Shown here one piece after another: positions 56,492 to 64,000 of a stretch of 64,000 bases of DNA. Under the pieces are notes generated by a model. That model was not told where the DNA came from. It saw only the letters and a list, made by a program, of their open reading frames with translations, and did not search any database. The translations under genes were made by a program, and so were the position numbers. Source of the DNA: Kondoa subrosea (taxonomy: Eukaryota); contig BCIN01000001.1 of the NCBI GenBank assembly GCA_039545335.1, positions 3,351,136-3,415,135 of the forward strand, read 5' to 3'. Position 1 is the stretch's first letter. Every line of letters starts with the position of its first letter.

Positions 56492-58297
56492 TCATCTTCT
56501 CCTCTTCACGATGCCATCAATCTGTCCCTTTCCGCGATGTAGGATTCTCTCTGATCAGGTCTCAACGCGCAAGCCCAATCAAAATCAATCTATCCCACAT
56601 GTAACCCGAATCAGTTCTTTAATCCTTGCCCTCTTAGAAAAGATTGTGCTCACTCTGGCTTGTATCAAATCACCAGTTTCCGCTCTTAGACAAGCAAGCA
56701 CATAACGTAATTCACCAGTATCTTGTACACAACTAGGCCGGAGAGCTATACCTTTCTCGAAATCGTTCAGAGCTTCATGATACGCTCCAGTAATGTAGAA
56801 AGACATTCCACGAAGTAAATAGAGGTCGAATGGAATGAGTAAGTTGGAAGTTTGGATTGAGCGGGAAGAAGAAGATTTGGGAGAAGAAGATGAAGCCAGT
56901 AGAGTTCTACGAGCGTGATCTTGTGCTTGATTGATTGCTGTGTTGAGCGAAGATTGACCTTCTGCTGTTTGACCGACCAGCACTTGGGCTAAGCCTAGTG
57001 AAGCGAGGATGTATGGGTCGGGCTAACACAAAGAGATGAACAGAAGCTGAACAGAGTATGAAGCTACTCACTGACAAACGATATTGACATGCTTGATGAA
57101 AACAAGCCAAAGCTTCCGGAATATGACCAACAGCTGATCGCGCCCAACCGCTGACTAGCATTTCCAGGTCTCTATTCTCTGAAGTCAATTCATCGTCGTC
57201 TGTAGTCGTCGATATGGTTATCTCGAAAGAATCCAGATCTTCCAATGCTTGATCCATTTGCGAAAGACTTGCCCTTAGACCAGCTCGAATGACGAATCCG
57301 ATAGTTCTCGTTTGTCTTGACAAAGCTTCATCCACATCCGCTAGAGCTCCACTCCGATCGTTACAAGCTTCTTTAACCATCGCTCGGTAGCACAATGCAT
57401 CGACCAAATCATTGATTGGAGCACCATGTTTGCGACCTAGATCCACAGCTTTCGACAGATCTTCCAAACTACCCAATAGATCCCTTAGCCGATACCTGAC
57501 TATCCCTCTTCTGATCAATAGGCTTGTAGATTTAGGTTCCCATAGGAGAACATGGTCCAAAGACCATAGAATCGAATTCAATCCATCATAGCCTGTTGAC
57601 TGAGCGCAAGCAGTCAAAGTTTCTTTCTTGAAATTATCTCTTCTCGATTGATATTCCAATCTCCGTTCAGGCCACATTGAGAAAATCGCTTCGCGCAATT
57701 GTTTGACTTCACCCAGAATTTGATGCTTAGAGGATTGTTTTCCCGATAAGATTATTGACCACCGATCGTGCATTAGTCCATCGGAGCAAAGTACTGGATC
57801 TACCAGATCTAATTTGGTGATTGGGTCGATCTAATATAACGGAATAAATTAGACAAAGATTCCTGATCTTGTGAGGCAAGACGAACTGGATGAAAGCCTA
57901 TTACTTCTGCTGTAGAATCACCCCGACTACTTATTGGTGAATCAGTCCTATCAGACAGCGGTCCACCAAAGGATTCAACCGTTGGTGTAGGTACAGGTCC
58001 GCTGTTCGAAGCTGAAGAAGAGGAAGTGTTGCTCTCCATCAGAGGACGCGATTCGTTATCTAGATGAGTCTTCTGTAGCAGACCTTCCAATTCTTGAGCT
58101 TCTATCGAATCCATAGTTGTTCCTCGTTCAGGCAATCTTCGGTACCCTTCGCCATTTGCACTAGTAGAGGAAAGAAGAGAAGTAGAAGCTATGGGAGACT
58201 CAGGCGGTGAAGTATAGGAGCCATTGGTATGAATTGTAGTGTCTTCATCTTCTGCTGCATGAACAGCGTTCTTGCTGGCATCCTCAATGCTGCTCAT
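56492..58297 (-). CDS. TPR-repeat protein (ends approximate)
   Basis: TPR-like helices LIRRGIVRYRLRDLLGSLEDLSKAV and YLLRGMSFYITGAYHEALNDFEKGIALRP; Ser-rich N-terminus. Confidence 0.75.
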
Positions 58298-58648
58298 TGC
58301 AGATGCATGAGAGCTAGACAGAGAGGGAAGGTGTGGAATTGACGACAGCCCAGGCAATTGCAAGCAGGCTAGCTACAATCGTTCCACTGTGCAGATGCAG
58401 AGGTGAATTTCAGGATGAGGTGTAGCCAGCGCTATGCAGATGCATGCAAGACGAGGTATGCTCCAACAGTCACTAGTGGTATAGCCAGTGGCGCTCAGGT
58501 GGATATCGGCGGTCGGGGAGAAGAAGCTCAACCAATGCAGGAACTTGATCGGAAATTAGTAAGGGCTGCTTGGCGCAGACTTGGACCCCTGACCCAATAA
58601 TGATACATCAGTACTACTGTCCGACTCTCCCGGCGAATTTGAATTCCT

Positions 58649-60122
58649 TTAATCCTCCGATTTCACTTTGTCCTCTTCTGAATCAACGACTTCATCTTCC
58701 ACATCTGCCGCATCCATAGGGTAGAGATGCCTGTAAGCAGAATCTAGTGAATAAGCTCAGATAGAGCTGTCCCAGCGATCCTACGTACTTTCCAACATAT
58801 TTGTTCATAGAAAAGGCGGTGACGTTCTTGCAGCCCATGACTGCTATCAGACTGCGATAACACAAGAACACACGATATCAGCTAATTTAGATGTGCTTAT
58901 ATGTCATACTGACTTGTCATCGCAAATGATCTATTATCGCAGCGCATCAGTACAAGCGCAAGCTCGACAGAACAGCGAAGAACTGACCTTTCGCTTATCT
59001 TTTGGGTTCTGTAGATTGTTGGCCTGTCAACGCGAAGCGTGTCGATCAGTCTAATACTGAAGAGCACGACCTGAACTGACCCTAATGTAATCCCAAATGT
59101 GCTGCGGTGCATATATTCAGCGTATACTGAGGATGTGATATGTCACGACTTTACCTTGACACTGTAGGATTGGAGCAAGCAGTCTATCAGCTTCATTCTG
59201 ATAAGGCGTGCAACAACCTACACTTGCGGCCGCGACAGAGCAGTCTCCCCTCCGCACACCACTGACATTTCAGGCGACAGAGCCCAAGGTTTGTTGAAGC
59301 TTTCGACCGATAGATGGGCATCAGTTGATGATATCTTTGGGCGCAGGATACTCACCCGCCTCCGCCTCCTCCTCGCTTCTTTTTGGCAGGTTTGAAGTCT
59401 TCGCTATCATCCTGCTCTTCATCCGAGCCTTTAGCTTTCCTCTTCTTTGTCTTCTTCGGCTTCACATCACTTCCACTGGCGTCTTCCTCGTTGCTATCTT
59501 CAGAATCATGAACGATATCCTCGGACAACTTGAACTTCTTTTTCCCTCCAGCAGACTTAGCACCTCGTTTAACAGTAGTAGTTTTGCCATTCCGAGTAGT
59601 ACGACCGGTAGCATTGAGTTGATCATGTAATTGTTTAGCGATCTCAGCATCCGATAATTCCTTCTTTGCAGCTTTGCTGGTACTGGTTGAAGCCTTCTTG
59701 GTCTTCTTGAGAGCAACAGCAGGTGAAGAAATTGAGGGTTTAGTGTCTTCCAAGTCTGATTCAGGCGCAGAAGAAGCAGCTTCTTGAGTAGTTACTGGAT
59801 CTCGTTCAGATTTGACGCTGTACACCACGAAATACCTTTAGCCTAAAGCAAGCATGAGAGTATGAGGAAGAGCGCACGTATGATAAGCAGCCAGAACGAT
59901 CTCATCAATAGCTTTCTTGTGTTCTCGAAGCTCGGTAGCTATTTCAGGTCGCTCTTCAGCCAGCTGAAGGCGGATTCGCTTGGCCGATATTTGCTCGAAA
60001 TCCACGCTGAAAGTTGCTAGCAGTCAGCGCATCCACAAGCTAGAGAGATGGAAATAAACGTACACAGGTGAACGCAAGATCTGGTAGATACGAGCTTCTA
60101 GGATCTGGGCATCAAATGTCAT
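58649..60122 (-). CDS. DEK-C plus SWIB/MDM2 domain protein (Uaf30/Tri1/Spp27-like)
   Basis: N-terminal EQISAKRIRLQL; C-terminal GGFNKPWALSPEM...LSRPQVVKHIWDYI...LQNPKDKR...FSMNKY..HL across micro-exons. Confidence 0.85.
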
Positions 60123-60531
60123 AGCGCTAGCAGTCTTGAGTATGTTGAATATAGTAAGGAGCGGCGTGTAAAGAAGAGCGCTTGGACGAGAGATCAATCG
60201 AGAATGGCTGTTTCGCCCAAGGTGTATTTACAGGGTGTATGCAGGCCCGGCAGCGAGACATTCAGCGCGTCATTTGAGACAGCTATACACAATACAATCA
60301 CAACTGTGTACAGGAGAAATAGCCCTAGATTTCAAATAGGTTCATGACAACTATGATTGCCTCGAGTTCTTCTTGCGGCCATCTTTGCTACTTCTATGGG
60401 ACAAGAATACAGACGTACGATACCAGTAGAGTTAGATTCTTTTCAAAGTCCGGGGAAAGCTTTCTTGATCGCTACGGTTTACGATTTCAGCTTGCTTCTC
60501 GGCGTGTTCATAATAAGACAGACTCACCACT

Positions 60532-62208
60532 TCAACTAGCACCACTCAACACTGGGACAGTCATCTTATCCAGCGCATCTCCTCCTCCTCTTTCTTTAGG
60601 ATCCACTTCATACAGAATTTCGCTTCGAATCACATATTTCGTTCCACCTTCTTTCACTCCACTTCCCTGTCAATTGGTCATTAGTGTATGCAGATTGTGA
60701 AATCACAGGTTACTCACTTCATGCAAAAGAGATCCGGACGAACTTCCATGAGGGAAAACGCAAACGCTACCTTTACTGGGTTTGACTGGTCTAGCTTGCA
60801 TGACTCCTTCCATGGACGGAGAAGGAGTGAAGAAAGTCGTACAGCCGCCTTCGAAGTCATCGTTGAGGTAGATCAAGAGTGTCAGGCGTGAGTAAAGAGA
60901 AGGGTCAGAGTCGTATGTGTAAGAAGGAGGTGAAGTTGTTGCGTTCAGAGCGGAAGAAGGCCATGCTCCGTCGATCTATATCATAAATGTCAGTTCTACT
61001 TAATCCACTTAAGAGGTAAAAGGAAGTACATGAGGTCGACTATGGGAAACAGTCAGTGATCTGAAGAAGCTCTACAACAAAGGATCGCTCACTAGAGAGC
61101 ACCTGGTCTATATCTATAGAACCTAAATCTCGCATTTACTCCTTTCACGGCACCGCCTGAAATCGTTTGAGGCAGAGCTTCTTTTATTCGATCAAACAAG
61201 GTAGTTAAAAAGCTCTTGTCCGCCAGCCATATCAAGTTGTGAGCCAGAACACTAGATAGCTGCACAGCAGATCCAGCTACTGGTTCATCAGGCTGCAACC
61301 CAACTTTCTCGACTGTTTGAACCAGAGCATCACATTCCGCTGATGAGAAGACATTGGAGACTGTGAATGCTTTCGGAACTCCTGAAATATCTTGTCGAGT
61401 ACCGACTTTGCCCTGTTCCAGAGGAAAGATGTTGTTGGGAGAGTAGAAAATAGTAGCTGGATATTTGTTTGGCGGTCTTCTTTCGTTACCAGGTGTGACT
61501 TGCAAGACCTTCATACTTGAAGCAGCTCTAGCTACAACAGAGGAGACATCTTCTTTCCCTTGTGTTGTGCTTTGAGGAATAAAGAAAGGCTTGAACCACT
61601 CCAATCTACTACCTTCTTCCCTTACTCCTTCCTCAGTCGATCGACCAGTTACATCGGATTGTGTAGTCCGTAAGATGGCATCCAAAGCCGACCAGATCTC
61701 TCCTTCTTCCTCTTTTGTCATATCCGGTCTTAGAACAGCATCCAATTCCCTGACCCATCTTTGCAGAGATCCAAGTTTCGGTACTTGTGATCGAATACGC
61801 ATTTCGGCCAAACACACTCGTGCATCTGTATATCGACCTTCAACTAAGGCAGAGGAGATTCTGTTCGAGATAGATCCAGCAGAAGAAGAAGTTCTGAGAC
61901 AATCATGTAGAGCTATCCGTAAGGGTCTCAGTTGCTTGAGGGAAAGGATGTCAGGATGCTCGGACAGGAGATGCAAAGTATCAACTGTCGTTTCCAGTTC
62001 ATCCGCATACACTTGATGGCACTGTGAGCCCGAGAGCAGAACAGAATCGTGTATATTACTTACGATGACCAGCTATGAGCTCTTGAGAGTCCTCTTCCAC
62101 ATTTGCATTTACAGAAGGCAGCGCAAGTTTTGCTGATATATCAGGTTTGGCTTTCTTTGCTGCAGGTTGCTGAACTTTGCCATTTGATTTACGCTTCTTG
62201 TTTGCCAT
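60532..62208 (-). CDS. 2-oxoglutarate/Fe(II) dioxygenase, prolyl-4-hydroxylase-like
   Basis: NVFSSAECDAL, NARFRFYRY, RPH.DGAW (HxD across an intron), LIYLNDDFEGGCTTF, LLHE|GSGV, KYVIRSE. Confidence 0.85.
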
Positions 62209-62391
62209 TTTTGACTTCCTAGACTTGCTCTACAAAGTTGATACAAAGCGCGGTCGACGTTTAATGATGAGCTTTCATTTCTCGCAGTTAAATAGTCAAG
62301 CCTTGGTCAAGCCTCTGAAAGGAAGATGAAGGATGTGTATGAATGCTATGCGTTGCTCTAGTGTACAAGTATAGACAGAGTATTCAGTATT

Positions 62392-63957
62392 TCAACGACC
62401 ATCCATCTCACTCAATCCGATCGAGCTTCCAGGTCTTGAGATACTCAGTCCACTGACTGCCTGACTCAGTGTCCTCTCTTGCCAAGGTATCGGACTTGTT
62501 CTTCCAAACAAACCATCGACTGTTGCTCGTTTCGGTGATTTAGGCATCTCATCTTCCGATAAAGGATTGAAACCTCTAACGCTTCTCTTGGGTTTATGAG
62601 CAGCACCATCTTCTTCTTCACCAGAGGAAGTGACTGGAGATTTAGCTCTTGATAACAACCCATCGAACGCGCTCTTCTTTTTCTTGGCCGGCATAGCTGT
62701 TCTGTTCTTATCCCGTCTCGCTCTTGCTTTCCTAGCTGATATCCACTCTTCACCAGGTCCTTCGTAAGTGGACCAGATTTGTTCTGAGCAGGGACCGTCG
62801 AAAGAAACTCTTAGTTTCTCATGTGCATCTGGTGAACGGAAAGCAAAGACAACCCGTAGTGATTTGTGAAGGTAGTATCGCTGCTTCTGTCCTTCCTTTT
62901 GTGACGGTGAACAGAATTGTAAGCGGACTGCATATCGTAAAGAGCCTTTGTTGAACAGATCTGGACTATCCAGCAAAGAGGAAGATAATCTTCGAGAAGA
63001 CGGAGCTGCTGATGTAGAAGATGATGATGCAGAAGGTGAAGAAGCTGTTGATAAAGCATATGATTTCTGTTGAAGAAAAGATTTGCTCCCGCAAGGCATG
63101 GAAGTAAGATCGTAAGGGATAAGAAATAGTTTGACGGCTGTTCGATTTGGATTCTTGATGACTAGCTGGACTTGACCCTTAACCGGAACTCGATAGCCAG
63201 GAAATCGAGGAGGTTGCGGTATTGCTTTAGAAGAGGAAGGCAAGACATCCGAGGAGAGTTGGCTCATGTAGTGTTGTTCTAAGTCTATGTTGCCGACATA
63301 TGGTAAGACTGGACCAGTCTGAGGGAAGAAGAAAGCATCGAATCCAAGGGAAAGATGACTGCCAAATTTAGGTGCCTTGTTCTTGCCTTTGATGTTCGAT
63401 GGACCTGCCTCCGGTTGCGATGCCATAACACCAATTTGAGCTATATATGGGAGAGGTTTCGATGGCGCTTCTGACATCCGCCCGGAAAGTAAAGATGTCT
63501 CGTAGGACCCTGCAAGAGGAGAAGGTGGATGAGGAGAAGGGGAACTTATTGGGAAGGCATGAGACGATCGCCGTCTCGCTTTGCCAGAAGGTGGTGTGAC
63601 AGGCAGAGCCGAAGATTGAGAAGAGAAACAGCTGTTCCCGAAAGTGGACGTATACGAGTTCGAGTCAGCAGGCGATGCCCAGTGATGCTTTGGATTGGAA
63701 GGAGTCGATGGAAAGTTTGTGAGAGAAAGAGGACCGTCCAGGACGATAGAAGAAGGCGAAGTTGAGTAAGCTAACTTCCGGTCATCAATTGGCCTCGGGC
63801 TAGTCCTGCTCAACGGTGAAGTAGGATTGTTTGCTAGAGTACAGAGTCATTATCGGGACCGGATGAGAGGTAGAAAATGCAAACCTTTGGCTTTGATCTG
63901 CTGTAATTGTTCAATTGCATTGTGACTCGATACACTCGCCAGAGGAGCTTGCACCAT
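62392..63957 (-). CDS. FAM214/Atos-like DUF4210 domain protein (start tentative)
   Basis: GSYETSLLSGRMS, PYVGNIDL, GYRVPVKGQVQLVIKNPNRTAVKLFLIPYDL, LRYAVRLQF, YLHKSLRVVF. Confidence 0.85.
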
Positions 63958-64000
63958 TATGGCCTGATTGAGCTCGACAATGTTATCACAGCTGATTGCG

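Overview
Compact, intron-rich fungal chromosome segment. Introns are mostly about 50-60 nt with GT/GC-AG ends and CTRAY-like branch sites, and the gene content suggests a basidiomycete; the lineage is inferred only. About 27 protein-coding genes are present. Most are housekeeping: SMC2, enolase, DBP8, phosphofructokinase, Ras, FES1, LTV1, NTE1, a GCK kinase, a GEN1-like nuclease, ATS1, an MCT1-like protein, TBCC, a SWIB protein, a 2OG-Fe(II) oxygenase and a FAM214/DUF4210 protein. I found no rRNA, tRNA, CRISPR or recognisable transposon. Four things stand out, and the first, second and fourth appear only after manual splicing. (1) A non-histone helix-hairpin-helix (EndoIII/HhH-GPD-like) protein begins with a near-perfect histone H3 tail (44808-46125). 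(2) A Yap-type bZIP gene is followed in tandem by a paralogue that keeps the zipper and a shared intron but has an acidic segment in place of the basic DNA-binding region, a candidate natural dominant-negative 'A-ZIP'. (3) An ABCC transporter is bracketed by a ~165-bp direct repeat that duplicates the 5' end of a neighbouring zinc-finger gene. (4) PFK has a candidate 1-nt exon. All exon structures are manual predictions, and family assignments come from motif recognition, not database searches.
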